Assembly: GCA_020429915.1 (NCBI GenBank)
Contig: JAGQKV010000031.1
Location: 2,656 to 66,655 of the forward strand
DNA length: 64,000 nt
From: Candidatus Omnitrophota bacterium
GTDB lineage: Bacteria > Omnitrophota > Gorgyraeia > Zapsychrales > Zapsychraceae
Direction of reading: 5' to 3'
Under the pieces are notes generated by a model that saw only the letters and a list, made by a program, of their open reading frames with translations, was not told where the DNA came from and searched no databases. The position numbers were made by a program, and so were the translations under genes. Shown here one piece after another: positions 38,532 through 48,367 of this stretch. Numbering within the stretch: the first letter of the stretch is position 1; the number at the start of each line of letters is the position of its first letter.

Positions 38532-39980
38532 TTGAACTTCCGGGCAACACAAGCCGTCAAGGTGATGCACGCCGGCGCCTTGGTCGTCGCCGCGCTCGTC
38601 ATACTTGCGGTCAATGTCATCCGGTTTGCCGGCCTGGAACAAAGCCCTCCCGGATTCCATGTCGATGAGCTCTCCGGCGCAGTCACCGTCCAATGCCTTG
38701 AAACCGAGGGTGTCGATGCCACGGGCAAGCCGTACCCGCTTTTTGCCAATTTGAATTACGGCTCGCCAAAACCGCCGACCTATTTGTATCCCGCCATACT
38801 CTGGACACGTCTGTTCGGGCACTCGATCGGCAGTTACCGGGCCTTCTCGGCATTTATCACGGTGATGGCCATCGGGATGCTGTTTGCGCTGGCCCGCCGG
38901 ATGTTCGGTTGGGAAGCGGCGGTTTGGGCGGCACTCACGGCCAGTCTGTCGCCGACGGTCTTTCAGATTTCACGAGTCGCCCTCGAACCGGGACTCGCGC
39001 CGTTTTTTGTCATGGCCGGTATATTTTGCTTGCTCGGGCGCCGGCCCTACGTCGGCGCGGTGTTAGGCGGCTTGATGTTCGCGCTGGCCATGTATTCCTA
39101 TCCGCCCGCCCGATTGTTTGTCCCGCTTTTCCTGATGTTGTTTGTCGTCACCCGTTGGCTGCGCGGGTCGCGCCGGCTGGGACCGGTCTTTGCCCTCGGT
39201 GCCGCCCTGGTCATAGTGAATATTCCGCTGGTACTGGGAACATTGTCGGGGGAATACATGGGGCGGTTCAATAAAATCGGCATTTTCTCGGAAGAATTTC
39301 TGGCCGAGCAGGGAAAGGCCCGTCGTCTAAAAGATATCGCCGGGATTTTTGTCCAGAATTACGCACAACACCTCCGACCGGATTTCTTGTTTATCAACGG
39401 CGACGAGAATTTCGTATATTCCACCGGCCGCTTCGGGCTGCTGGGATGGCTTGACATGTTGGCGCTGGCCCTGGGGATTGTCCTTGTCATTTTCGAGGTG
39501 TGCCGGTCGACGCGCGGGGCAAGCCGGCTGAAGTTATCCGATATTACGGTGAGTGTTGAGTTGATCGGAGGTATCCTGTTAGCGATCGTGCCGGCGGCAT
39601 TGACGTGGCAGGATATCCCGCACTCACTGCGCATGCTGCTTTATTGGCCGTTCCTGGCTTTGCTAAGCGGATGGGTCCTGTCAACGCTTTGCCGCCGGGC
39701 GCCTTTTGTGGCGCCGGTGATCCTCGCGGTCGCGGTCGGATTCGGGACGGTTTATCTGCGTCACTATTTCAAAGTTTACCCTGAACGTGCGTACTATATG
39801 TTCAGCACGTTCACCAAGGATGAGGCCCTGTCCGCCCGTACACAGGAAGACTGGATGAAGTTCATGTATCGCTACCGGCGACAGGATTATCATACACGCT
39901 ATTACATGATGAATTTTCTTAAGGGGCAGACCTGCGCATCGTCGCAGCGCGCGTGGCAAGAAGTCCATAAAATTCCTTAA
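38532..39980 (+). CDS. GT-C fold glycosyltransferase (family 39/83; ArnT / PMT-like)
   Basis: It is polytopic, with a DE motif in the first periplasmic loop (HVDELS) and a hydrophobic core typical of ArnT/PMT/undecaprenyl-phosphate-sugar-dependent transferases. Confidence 0.68.
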   Translation: MNFRATQAVKVMHAGALVVAALVILAVNVIRFAGLEQSPPGFHVDELSGAVTVQCLETEGVDATGKPYPLFANLNYGSPKPPTYLYPAILWTRLFGHSIGSYRAFSAFITVMAIGMLFALARRMFGWEAAVWAALTASLSPTVFQISRVALEPGLAPFFVMAGIFCLLGRRPYVGAVLGGLMFALAMYSYPPARLFVPLFLMLFVVTRWLRGSRRLGPVFALGAALVIVNIPLVLGTLSGEYMGRFNKIGIFSEEFLAEQGKARRLKDIAGIFVQNYAQHLRPDFLFINGDENFVYSTGRFGLLGWLDMLALALGIVLVIFEVCRSTRGASRLKLSDITVSVELIGGILLAIVPAALTWQDIPHSLRMLLYWPFLALLSGWVLSTLCRRAPFVAPVILAVAVGFGTVYLRHYFKVYPERAYYMFSTFTKDEALSARTQEDWMKFMYRYRRQDYHTRYYMMNFLKGQTCASSQRAWQEVHKIP

Positions 39981-40011
39981 ATTTCACATCGAAATCTCTA
40001 TAATAAGTCGT

Positions 40012-41577
40012 ATGCTCAACCCGCCCGTGCCTGATATCTCGATTATAATCCCCGCCAAAGATGAGGAGCGGCGTCTGCCGACATTCTTGCTGGATGTGAT
40101 CAGTTTCTGTCAGGCATCTGCACAGCAATACGAAATAATTGTGGTCGATGACGGCAGCCGTGACGGAACATCGGCTGTGGTGGAAAAGTTTCAAGCCAAG
40201 TTTGCCCGCCTGCATCTGATCGTCTTGAAAAAAAACAGAGGGAAAGGGTATGCCGTCAAACAGGGCGTCCTGCGGGCCCGCGGGAATATCGTCCTGTTTA
40301 TGGATGCAGACGGGTCCACGCCGCCGAGCATGATCGAAGAGTATACACCGCTGTTGTCGGGGGGGAACGATATCGTGATCGGTTCGCGGGTGGTCGCCGA
40401 TGAGAAGCATCGCGTGCAGGCGCGCGGTTACCGTAAACTTGTCGGGCAGGTGTTTAATTATTTTGTCCACCGGTTCTTGATGCCCGATATCATGGACACG
40501 CAGTGCGGGTTCAAAATGTTTCGCCGTGAGGTGGTCCGGCCGCTGTTCGGACGCCTGAATATCAAAGGCTTCGGGTTTGATTTGGAACTGCTTTATTTGG
40601 CCCGGCTGTTGGGCTACCGCGTGGCCGAGGTTCCGGTGGATTGGCGGCATGTGGACGCGTCCAAAACAAATTTGATCAGCGATTCCTGGCGGATGTTGAT
40701 GAATATCTTTCAAATCCGCAACTGGCATGCCTACAGCGGGGCCGTCATGGCACGGCACATGAGCACCGCGGAGATCGACGCCATGCATAGCGCCGAGGAG
40801 GATCACTGGTGGTTTCAGGCGAAGCGGAATCTGGTGCGGCAGTTGGTCGGGCCGCTTGGCGGAACCCGGCCGCGGTTACTGGATGCCGGATGCGGCACCG
40901 GACTGAACCTCCGGCAGTGGGATGCCTCCGCGGAATGTTTCGGCTGCGATGCCATGTTTCCTGCTCTGCAACACACGCGGGGCGCGGGGGGCGGCTGTCT
41001 GGCTCAGTGCGATCTGGAACGATTGTGCTATCGGGACGGGACTTTTGATGTTATCACCGCGCTCGACGTGATTGAGCATGTTCCGGATCCGGAACGGGTG
41101 GTGGGGGAAATCAGTCGGGTCCTGAAGGCCGGCGGGCGAGTGATTATTACGGTGCCGGCATTCAAATTCCTATGGAGCCCGCATGACGAGGCCTTGAGTC
41201 ACTTCCGCCGGTACCATCGCCGTGAGCTACGCGGATTACTTGAAGACGCGGGATTGCCGGTCGTTCGGATGGGATACCATTACTGTGCGGTTTTCTTACT
41301 CGTCGCACCGTTGAGAGTTTTCAAGCGTCTTTTTAGCGGACAGGAGCGCCCCCGTTCCGATACAGCCGTGCCGCCGCCACCGTGGGTGAACCGCCTTTTG
41401 GCCAGATGGCAAGGCTGGGAACTCGCCTTATCGCGTTATCTGTCCTTACCATTCGGGACGACGCTTTACGCTATCGTGGAAGGGCGTCCGTCTGTATCCA
41501 ATATCAGCTATCGGTTCCAGCGGCCGGAGGAGTCCGCTGTCTCGCCGGACGGCCTGCTTCAACCCACGGAATCATGA
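40012..41577 (+). CDS. bifunctional GT2 polyprenyl-phosphate glycosyltransferase (ArnC/DPM1-like) fused to a class I SAM-dependent methyltransferase
   Basis: The N-terminal GT-A has ISIIIPAKDEE...VVDDGSRDGT...MDADGS (DxD). The C-terminal half has LLDAGCGTGLN (SAM motif I) and ...VLKAGGRVIITVP. The 521-aa frame is continuous. Confidence 0.75.
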   Translation: MLNPPVPDISIIIPAKDEERRLPTFLLDVISFCQASAQQYEIIVVDDGSRDGTSAVVEKFQAKFARLHLIVLKKNRGKGYAVKQGVLRARGNIVLFMDADGSTPPSMIEEYTPLLSGGNDIVIGSRVVADEKHRVQARGYRKLVGQVFNYFVHRFLMPDIMDTQCGFKMFRREVVRPLFGRLNIKGFGFDLELLYLARLLGYRVAEVPVDWRHVDASKTNLISDSWRMLMNIFQIRNWHAYSGAVMARHMSTAEIDAMHSAEEDHWWFQAKRNLVRQLVGPLGGTRPRLLDAGCGTGLNLRQWDASAECFGCDAMFPALQHTRGAGGGCLAQCDLERLCYRDGTFDVITALDVIEHVPDPERVVGEISRVLKAGGRVIITVPAFKFLWSPHDEALSHFRRYHRRELRGLLEDAGLPVVRMGYHYCAVFLLVAPLRVFKRLFSGQERPRSDTAVPPPPWVNRLLARWQGWELALSRYLSLPFGTTLYAIVEGRPSVSNISYRFQRPEESAVSPDGLLQPTES

Positions 41578-42440
41578 ACGTGAGGCCTCGGCTTTTTACC
41601 GTCGGTTGCATGTGTTTGCTGGGGATTTCCCTCGCGGGATGCGCGAACCGGGAAAAAGGACCGGATTGGCAACTGCGTCAAGCACGACACGACCTGCAGA
41701 CGCGAGACTATCAGCAAGCCATGGTTCACGTCACCAGGGCCCTCAACCTGCGGCCCGGTTACGGGCCGGCCTATTTGGTGCGCGCCCGGGTGCACGAAGC
41801 CCAGGGATTTTTGGCCATGGCCCTCGACGATTATGCCCGGGCCTTGGATTCACCGGAGGATCGGGCGGAGGCCCTGCGCCGAAGCGGCGATTTGTTTCGA
41901 CGGCTTGGCCGCTATGCCCAGGCCATTTCCTCTTACGAACAGTTAATTCGCGATGACCCTGACGACGTTGAGGGTTATCTAGGACGGGCCGGAGTATTGA
42001 TCAAACAGAAGCGTTACGAGCCGGCCCGGGAGGATCTGCGCCGCGCCGAAGGGATACGCCCCGATGATAGCCGGATCGCTGCGGCCTTGGGACAGCTTTT
42101 TGAAGCCCAAGGCAAATTTTCGCGAGCGTTGCGTGAATACGAACGGGCGGTTTCCCTAGATAAACAAAACGTGGATACGCGAATTTTGTTGGGTACTTTG
42201 CATGCCCGTGAAAACCGGATCGAAGAGGGATTGGCGGCATACGGGACGGTTCTGCAAATGGACCCCGGGAGGGGCGATGTGTACTACAAGCGCTCTTTTT
42301 TACACCTGGCCGCCGGTAACTATGGCAAGGCGCTGGATGATACGGTGCGAGCGCGTTTTTTAGGGGAGGAGGTGGATGCCGCGTATGTATCCCGCCTGAA
42401 ACAACAGGTGCAAGAGCGGGCCGCGGATGCCGGGCCGTAA
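41574..42440 (+). CDS. TPR-repeat lipoprotein
   Basis: The lipobox is LAGC (MNVRPRLFTVGCMCLLGISLAGCAN). There are at least 6 TPR-like 34-aa repeats. I placed the start at 41574, overlapping the GT2-MT stop. Confidence 0.6.
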   Translation: MNVRPRLFTVGCMCLLGISLAGCANREKGPDWQLRQARHDLQTRDYQQAMVHVTRALNLRPGYGPAYLVRARVHEAQGFLAMALDDYARALDSPEDRAEALRRSGDLFRRLGRYAQAISSYEQLIRDDPDDVEGYLGRAGVLIKQKRYEPAREDLRRAEGIRPDDSRIAAALGQLFEAQGKFSRALREYERAVSLDKQNVDTRILLGTLHARENRIEEGLAAYGTVLQMDPGRGDVYYKRSFLHLAAGNYGKALDDTVRARFLGEEVDAAYVSRLKQQVQERAADAGP

Positions 42441-42545
42441 AATAGTTGTTGCCATCTGCCGCGGCCGTGATATATTCTAAAATCTCCTTTCCGTTACATT
42501 TCATCAATTTTCCCGTGTCGTCCCGCGTTTACGTGCCGACATTTT

Positions 42546-42619
42546 GCGCCTGTAGCTCAGTTGGATAGAGCACCAGTCTTCGGAACTGGGTGTCAGGGGT
42601 TCGAATCCTCTCAGGCGCG
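42546..42619 (+). tRNA. tRNA-Arg (anticodon TCG)
   Basis: I folded it manually. The acceptor is GCGCCTG/CAGGCGC, the D-arm GCTC-AGTTGGATA-GAGC, the anticodon arm CCAGT-CTTCGGA-ACTGG (anticodon UCG) and the T-arm AGGGG-TTCGAAT-CCTCT, with discriminator G. Confidence 0.85.
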
Positions 42620-42738
42620 TTTTACTTTTCCCCGCGACTCTCGTCGTACATGAAATGTCTTTACAATGAGAAAAGTTTTTTATAAGATACACCCGAATTA
42701 ATTCACCGGAACATATCCGTCTCAATTTCAAATTCGAC

Positions 42739-43839
42739 ATGACGTCCAACGCTCCTCTGAAACGCACGGCCCTTTATCAGGATCACATCGTCCATCACGC
42801 AAAAATGGTGCCGTTCGGCGGATGGGATATGCCTTTGCAGTACAGCGGCATTCTTGATGAGCATGCGCATACGCGCGCTGCGGTAACGATCTTTGACATT
42901 TCCCATATGGGCGAATTTATTATTCACGGCGATCCCGTGAAAAGCGGCTTAGACAGAATTGTGACGCAGACCCTCACGGATCTTCCCGTGAAGTCTTGCC
43001 GGTACGGTGCCATGCTGAATGAAGACGGCGGGGTGTTGGACGACCTCATCGTGTTTCGCATGCAAGAAGACAAATGGTTCCTGGTGGTCAATGCGGCGAC
43101 CACCGCCAAGGATGCCGACCATATCCGCACCCACTTGCGCTCCGCGGAAGACTTTGAAGATGTCTCGGCACAGATCGGCAAGGTGGACATTCAGGGGCCG
43201 CACTCGCGCGATGTGATGCAACAATTTGTCGGAGATATCGGCCGGTTGGATTATTATACGTTTGATTTTTTCCCGCTTTTGGGTGAGAATGTCCTCATCA
43301 GCCGGACCGGCTATACCGGTGAACTCGGCTATGAGATTTTTTATCCCTGGGATAAAACCACTTATCTGTGGAATGCTCTTCTGGAGGCAAGGGAAGTCAA
43401 GCCCGCCGGGCTCGGTGCGCGCGACCTGTTGCGGTTGGAAGTGGGATACAGCCTGTACGGCCACGAATTATCTGAAGACGTCTCCGCGTTGGAATGCGGT
43501 TTGTCGCGCTTCATCGACTTTGAAAAAGAATTTATCGGTAAAGACTCCCTGATGAAGAAGCAAGAGCATCCGCTGTCCGGACACATTATCGGACTGGTCT
43601 CGACTTCGAGGCGTTCACCTCGCGCCGGTCACCGGATTTACACCGCCGCCGGCAAAGTCGTTGGGACCGTGACGAGCGGCGCGTATTCTCCGCAATTGAA
43701 AAAAGGGATCGGTCTGGCCCGTGTCGAGGGCGTGGAATTGCATAAAGATGATTTGATCAGATTCGGCAGTGAGAAACAACAGGAGGAAGCTGCCGTTTCC
43801 AGCAAAATTTTTTACCGTAATGGATCTGTAAAAAGTTAA
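42739..43839 (+). CDS. gcvT: glycine cleavage system aminomethyltransferase T
   Basis: The N-terminus LKRTALYQDH...FGGWDMPLQYSGILDEHAHTRAAVTIFDISHMG is canonical GcvT. Confidence 0.9.
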   Translation: MTSNAPLKRTALYQDHIVHHAKMVPFGGWDMPLQYSGILDEHAHTRAAVTIFDISHMGEFIIHGDPVKSGLDRIVTQTLTDLPVKSCRYGAMLNEDGGVLDDLIVFRMQEDKWFLVVNAATTAKDADHIRTHLRSAEDFEDVSAQIGKVDIQGPHSRDVMQQFVGDIGRLDYYTFDFFPLLGENVLISRTGYTGELGYEIFYPWDKTTYLWNALLEAREVKPAGLGARDLLRLEVGYSLYGHELSEDVSALECGLSRFIDFEKEFIGKDSLMKKQEHPLSGHIIGLVSTSRRSPRAGHRIYTAAGKVVGTVTSGAYSPQLKKGIGLARVEGVELHKDDLIRFGSEKQQEEAAVSSKIFYRNGSVKS

Positions 43840-43849
43840 GAAGGAGAAA

Positions 43850-44239
43850 GTGATGGAAATAGAAGATCATCTGTTGTACACCAAGGAGCATGAATGGGTC
43901 AACATTGACGGCGACGAGGCCACCGTTGGGATATCCGACTACGCCCAGGAGTCGCTCGGCGACATTACCTTTGTGGAGTTACCCGCCGCCGGGGACGACG
44001 TTGAGCAGTTCGGAGAGCTGGCGTCGGTGGAATCGGTCAAGGCCGCCAGTGATATTTTCTCGCCGATGTCCGGACAAATTTTGGAAGTCAATGAGGACCT
44101 CAATGACGACCCCGGGATCATCAATAAGTCTCCTTACGAAAAAGGGTGGATCGTCAGGCTAAGCCTGAGTGATATTGAAGAGAAGAACAATCTGATGACG
44201 GCCGAGGAATACGAGCGGTTCCTGGAGAGCACCGGTTAG
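43850..44239 (+). CDS. gcvH: glycine cleavage system H protein (lipoyl carrier)
   Basis: It has the motif ...YTKEHEWV....GISDYAQESLGDITFVELP and the lipoyl-Lys motif ESVKAAS. Confidence 0.9.
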   Translation: MMEIEDHLLYTKEHEWVNIDGDEATVGISDYAQESLGDITFVELPAAGDDVEQFGELASVESVKAASDIFSPMSGQILEVNEDLNDDPGIINKSPYEKGWIVRLSLSDIEEKNNLMTAEEYERFLESTG

Positions 44240-44240
44240 T

Positions 44241-45608
44241 ATGATCCCTTACATTGCCAACACGGAACAAGAAGTCGAGAAAATGTTGGCCCGTATCGGT
44301 GTCGCTTCCATCGATGATCTCTTTGCGGATATTCGGAACCGCCATCGCCCGAAGTCGTTCCGGTTTCCGGCGGGATTGAGCGAGTTTGAAGTGATCTCGA
44401 CGCTCAGGGCGGCGGCCTCACGCAACAAATCCGGTCTTATCTCCTTCCTGGGGGGCGGTTATTACGACCACTACGTCCCGGCCGCGGTCAACGCGGTGAT
44501 TTCACGCGGTGAATTTTACACGGCATATACTCCTTATCAGCCGGAGGTGGCTCAGGGGACCCTTCAGGCGCTATACGAATTCCAAAGTTCGATCTGTGCC
44601 CTGACCGGTATGGAAGCGGCCAATGCGTCTTTGTATGACGGCGGCACCGCTCTGTACGAAGCCGCCATGATGGCGGTCCGTATCAACGGTCGCAGCAAGA
44701 TCGTGATGGACGGCGGGGTCAGTCCGATTTACCGCAAGATTCTACGCACCTATACCACAAACCTGAATTACGAATTCGCCGAAACCCCGGTGACGCACGG
44801 TCATAGTGACCGTGACGAGATCATCCGGCAGTTGGACAAGGACACCGCGGCGATTATTTTACAAAATCCGAATTTCTTCGGCGCTATGGACGACCATGCC
44901 GACATTGTCACGCGGGCCCATGAGCTGGGAGTGCTCGTCATTGAAAGCGTGTATCCGATCGCCTTGGGGCTGATGAAGACGCCCGGCGAGATGGGGGCCG
45001 ATATCGTAACCGGGGAAGGCCAGAGCCTCGGCCTTCCTTTAAATTTCGGCGGCCCGTATCTGGGATTTATGGCGACCAGAAAGAAATATATCCGAAAAAT
45101 GCCCGGCCGGATTGTCGGCGAAACCGTGGATGAAAACGGCAAGCGGTGTTTTGTGAATACGCTTCAGGCTCGCGAGCAGCATATCCGCCGGGAAAAAGCC
45201 ACTTCGAATATATGCACCAATGTCTCTTTGTGCGCGTTGCGGGCATTGGTGTTTATGAGTTTGATGGGCAAGCAAGGATTTAAGGAGCTGTCCACGCTCA
45301 ATTTTGAAAAGGCGGAATACACGCGGCAGCGTCTGGAAAGTATCGACGGTGTCGAGGTCAAGCGCTCGGCACCGACTTTTAACGAATTTACGATACTGCT
45401 GCCGTTGGCAGCGGATTGTGTGGTCGAGCGCATGATTGACAAAGGATTTGCCGCCGGTTTTCCCCTCGGCCGCTACTATCCCGGCATGGAAGATTATATG
45501 ATCGTCGCGGTAACGGAAAAACGAACACGGCGGGAAATCGACGCGTATGTTACGGCGTTGGAGACCACTCTCAATGAATTATCCAAGGAGACGGCTGCGT
45601 GCAGTTGA
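44241..45608 (+). CDS. gcvPA: glycine dehydrogenase (decarboxylating) subunit 1
   Basis: It is the N-terminal half of the P-protein (...YTPYQPEVAQGTLQALYEFQS...). Confidence 0.9.
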   Translation: MIPYIANTEQEVEKMLARIGVASIDDLFADIRNRHRPKSFRFPAGLSEFEVISTLRAAASRNKSGLISFLGGGYYDHYVPAAVNAVISRGEFYTAYTPYQPEVAQGTLQALYEFQSSICALTGMEAANASLYDGGTALYEAAMMAVRINGRSKIVMDGGVSPIYRKILRTYTTNLNYEFAETPVTHGHSDRDEIIRQLDKDTAAIILQNPNFFGAMDDHADIVTRAHELGVLVIESVYPIALGLMKTPGEMGADIVTGEGQSLGLPLNFGGPYLGFMATRKKYIRKMPGRIVGETVDENGKRCFVNTLQAREQHIRREKATSNICTNVSLCALRALVFMSLMGKQGFKELSTLNFEKAEYTRQRLESIDGVEVKRSAPTFNEFTILLPLAADCVVERMIDKGFAAGFPLGRYYPGMEDYMIVAVTEKRTRREIDAYVTALETTLNELSKETAACS

Positions 45609-47056
45609 TATTTGAAAAAAGCGTTCCCGGACAGCGAGGATTTCTGAATTCACGCTCCGATGTGGATGTGGCGGTTGCATTCCCGGCTGAGTTGGCGCGT
45701 GCCGAAGATTGTCCGTTGCCGGAGCTTTCCGAGCTCGAGGTGGTCAGACACTATACCAATCTTTCCAAATACAATTTCTCCATCGATACGCACTTTTATC
45801 CGCTCGGTTCCTGTACGATGAAGTACAATCCAAAGTTTTGTGAGGAAATCGCGCAATTGCCCGAATTTACTCAACTGCATCCTTTGCTTCCGCAGCTGCG
45901 ACACGGTGATCAATTCGTTCAGGGCGCCCTCGAAGTGCTTTATGAGCTTGAGAAATGGATGTGTGAAATGACCGGTATGGACGCAATTACGATGCAACCG
46001 TTGGCAGGGGCGCACGGAGAATTGACCGGCGTGATGATGATGGCCGCGTACCACAAAGCGCGCGGGAACGACAAAAGATATATCATCGTGCCGGACTCCG
46101 CCCACGGAACAAATCCGGCCACCGCCCGGATTGCCGGATATGAGACCATCGCCATTCCGTCCGATGCCAACGGAGTTATGGATCTTGAAAAGTTAAAGGA
46201 GTGCATTACGGATGAAGTCGCCGGGTTGATGCTGACTTGTCCCAACACTCACGGCTTGTTTAACTCCGACATCGATAAAATCGCCGAGATGATTCATGCG
46301 GTGGACGGCATCATGTATTACGACGGCGCCAATCTCAATGCGATCCTTGGCCGCTGCCGGCCGGGCGACATCGGCTTTGACGTCATGCATATCAATACGC
46401 ACAAAACATTTACCACGCCGCACGGCGGTGGCGGGCCGGGTGCTGGGCCTGTCGGTGTTACGGAGAAATTAACGCCGTACCTGCCGGTCTCCCGCGTGAT
46501 TCAGAAGGAAGACGGGGCCTACGCCTTAAAATACGATTATCCGGACACCATCGGTTATATCGCTTCTTTTTACGGCAACTTCGGAATTCTGCTACGCGCC
46601 TATGCGTACATCCTGTTGCTTGGAGAAGAGGGGTTGCGAGCGGTCAGTGATCACGCCGTTCTCAACGCTAACTATATTAAGGAATGTCTCAAGGGTATTT
46701 ATCATCTGCCGTTTGACCGGAGATGCATGCATGAGGTTGTCTTTTCCGCGAAGAATCAGGCCGAACGTGGGATGCATGCCCTGGATATCGCCAAGTTTCT
46801 GATTGATCAAGGCTTTCATCCGCCGACGGTTTACTTTCCGCTGACCGTTAAAGAGTCAATCATGATCGAGCCGACGGAAACCGAGTCCAAGGCCACGATC
46901 GATGCATTTATTGAGGCGATGATGGCAGCCGATCAACTGAGCCGGTCCGCACCGGAACAGGCCCATCAGTTTCCCGCCACCACTCCGGTGACCCGTCCCG
47001 ATGAGGTTAAGGCGGCCCGTGATTTGAATACCAGCTATTTTCAGAAAACTGCCTGA
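45599..47056 (+). CDS. gcvPB: glycine dehydrogenase (decarboxylating) subunit 2
   Basis: It is the PLP-binding C-terminal half (…NTHKTFTTPHGGGGPGAGP…). Confidence 0.9.
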   Translation: MQLIFEKSVPGQRGFLNSRSDVDVAVAFPAELARAEDCPLPELSELEVVRHYTNLSKYNFSIDTHFYPLGSCTMKYNPKFCEEIAQLPEFTQLHPLLPQLRHGDQFVQGALEVLYELEKWMCEMTGMDAITMQPLAGAHGELTGVMMMAAYHKARGNDKRYIIVPDSAHGTNPATARIAGYETIAIPSDANGVMDLEKLKECITDEVAGLMLTCPNTHGLFNSDIDKIAEMIHAVDGIMYYDGANLNAILGRCRPGDIGFDVMHINTHKTFTTPHGGGGPGAGPVGVTEKLTPYLPVSRVIQKEDGAYALKYDYPDTIGYIASFYGNFGILLRAYAYILLLGEEGLRAVSDHAVLNANYIKECLKGIYHLPFDRRCMHEVVFSAKNQAERGMHALDIAKFLIDQGFHPPTVYFPLTVKESIMIEPTETESKATIDAFIEAMMAADQLSRSAPEQAHQFPATTPVTRPDEVKAARDLNTSYFQKTA

Positions 47057-47059
47057 CCG

Positions 47060-47782
47060 ATGACGGTATTGCGCGAAATTTCCTTTCCGGACCCTGCGGA
47101 CAATATATTGTTCGATCAAGTCCTGCTTGAGGTCGCGGAGGCGGGGGAATCCGGCGAGACATTGCGTTTTTGGGAGTCGCCCGTGCCATTTATCGTCTTG
47201 GGCCGTATCGGCCGTCCCGCCGACGAACTGAACGTCGCCGCGGTCATGCAGCAGGGTATTTCAGTCCTGCGCCGGTGTTCCGGCGGAGGGACGGTCGTGC
47301 AAGGGCCGGGATGTCTGAATTTTGCTTTGGTCCTATCAAAAGACGCACAGCCGGAAATCGCGGATCTCCAGCGGTCCTACGGTTATATCCTGTCCAAGGT
47401 GACGGCGGCCCTGTCGGAATGCGGGGTGGAGGCTGATTATTGGCCGATCTCGGATATCGCGTTAAACGGAAGCCGCCGAAAAATCTCCGGCAATGCTCAG
47501 AAACGGGGCCGGCGGTTTATTTTGCATCACGGGACTTTGTTATATAATGCTGACCTGAATCTGATTGAACGATATCTGGCTACGCCGCCGAGTATGCCCG
47601 ATTACCGGCAGGCCCGGCCCCACCTGGAATTTGTCGCGAATGCCGGAATCGAGCCCCGACGTTTTATCGACGGCTTGACGCGGCAATTCGGCGCCGGCCC
47701 GGTGCAGTCGGAGGTGTCGGCGACCGAACAGGCGCGTCTGCTGGAGTTGCGCAGCGCCGTTCAGGTCCATGTGGGGCTTTGA
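47060..47782 (+). CDS. lipoate--protein ligase / octanoyltransferase family protein (BPL_LplA_LipB catalytic domain)
   Basis: It has ...VLRRCSGGGTVVQGPG...NALVL... and a Lys-containing ...GNAQKR... motif. It is co-located with gcvH, its substrate. Confidence 0.68.
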   Translation: MTVLREISFPDPADNILFDQVLLEVAEAGESGETLRFWESPVPFIVLGRIGRPADELNVAAVMQQGISVLRRCSGGGTVVQGPGCLNFALVLSKDAQPEIADLQRSYGYILSKVTAALSECGVEADYWPISDIALNGSRRKISGNAQKRGRRFILHHGTLLYNADLNLIERYLATPPSMPDYRQARPHLEFVANAGIEPRRFIDGLTRQFGAGPVQSEVSATEQARLLELRSAVQVHVGL

Positions 47783-47875
47783 ACCGGATACAAATTGCTT
47801 CCAATGATTGACACGTGTTGGGGGCGTTCTATAATGAAAGAGATTTTCCTGCCGGACTTACGAGAGGAGATAACG

Positions 47876-48328
47876 ATGATGTCGAGAAATAGCTCAGGAA
47901 TGTTACTGCTGGTTTTCATGCTGGTGACGGCGTCTGTCGCCGAGGCGCAAATGATTAATTATCACCGACGGAATCAACGTCAGTCGCCGAAACAAGCCGC
48001 CAAGTCCGATCCGCAACCAATCCGGAAGGTCAAGACGGAGGATCGCGCCATTAATTACTATCGAAGCGACTACGCAACGGAGCCGGCCGGCCAAGAAGCG
48101 TCCGCTCAACCCCGCGTGACGAACAGGGTGGAACGGCTTTATGATTTGAATCGTGACGGCTTCCTGCAACCCGATGAAGTCGCCGACTTCTATCGGGATG
48201 TCGTTTCCTCCGTCCAGAATCGGGGGAGTTTCCGGGTCAGCTCCGATCTGCTCCGGGACTTTGATTCTGATCAGGACGGACGGATCAGCCGTTACGAAGT
48301 GGGCGAGATCGCCAATCGATTAAACTAG
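47876..48328 (+). CDS. secreted EF-hand calcium-binding protein
   Basis: It has a signal peptide (MMSRNSSGMLLLVFMLVTASVAEA). There are two canonical EF-hand loops, DLNRDGFLQPDE and DSDQDGRISRYE. Confidence 0.5.
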   Translation: MMSRNSSGMLLLVFMLVTASVAEAQMINYHRRNQRQSPKQAAKSDPQPIRKVKTEDRAINYYRSDYATEPAGQEASAQPRVTNRVERLYDLNRDGFLQPDEVADFYRDVVSSVQNRGSFRVSSDLLRDFDSDQDGRISRYEVGEIANRLN

Positions 48329-48367
48329 TTTCACTATAACTAACCGGTCACGCCGTTTTCCCGCCGC

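Noticed and set aside
41382-41573. Long N-terminal extension of the TPR lipoprotein ORF in the track
   Set aside because: The extension overlaps the GT2-MT gene in another frame. The internal ATG at 41574 gives a canonical lipoprotein signal (…LAGC) and ATGA coupling.
42620-42738. Possible glycine riboswitch upstream of gcvT
   Set aside because: I could not find conserved aptamer motifs (GGAGAG / ACCGAAGGGG). The interval is only ~120 nt.
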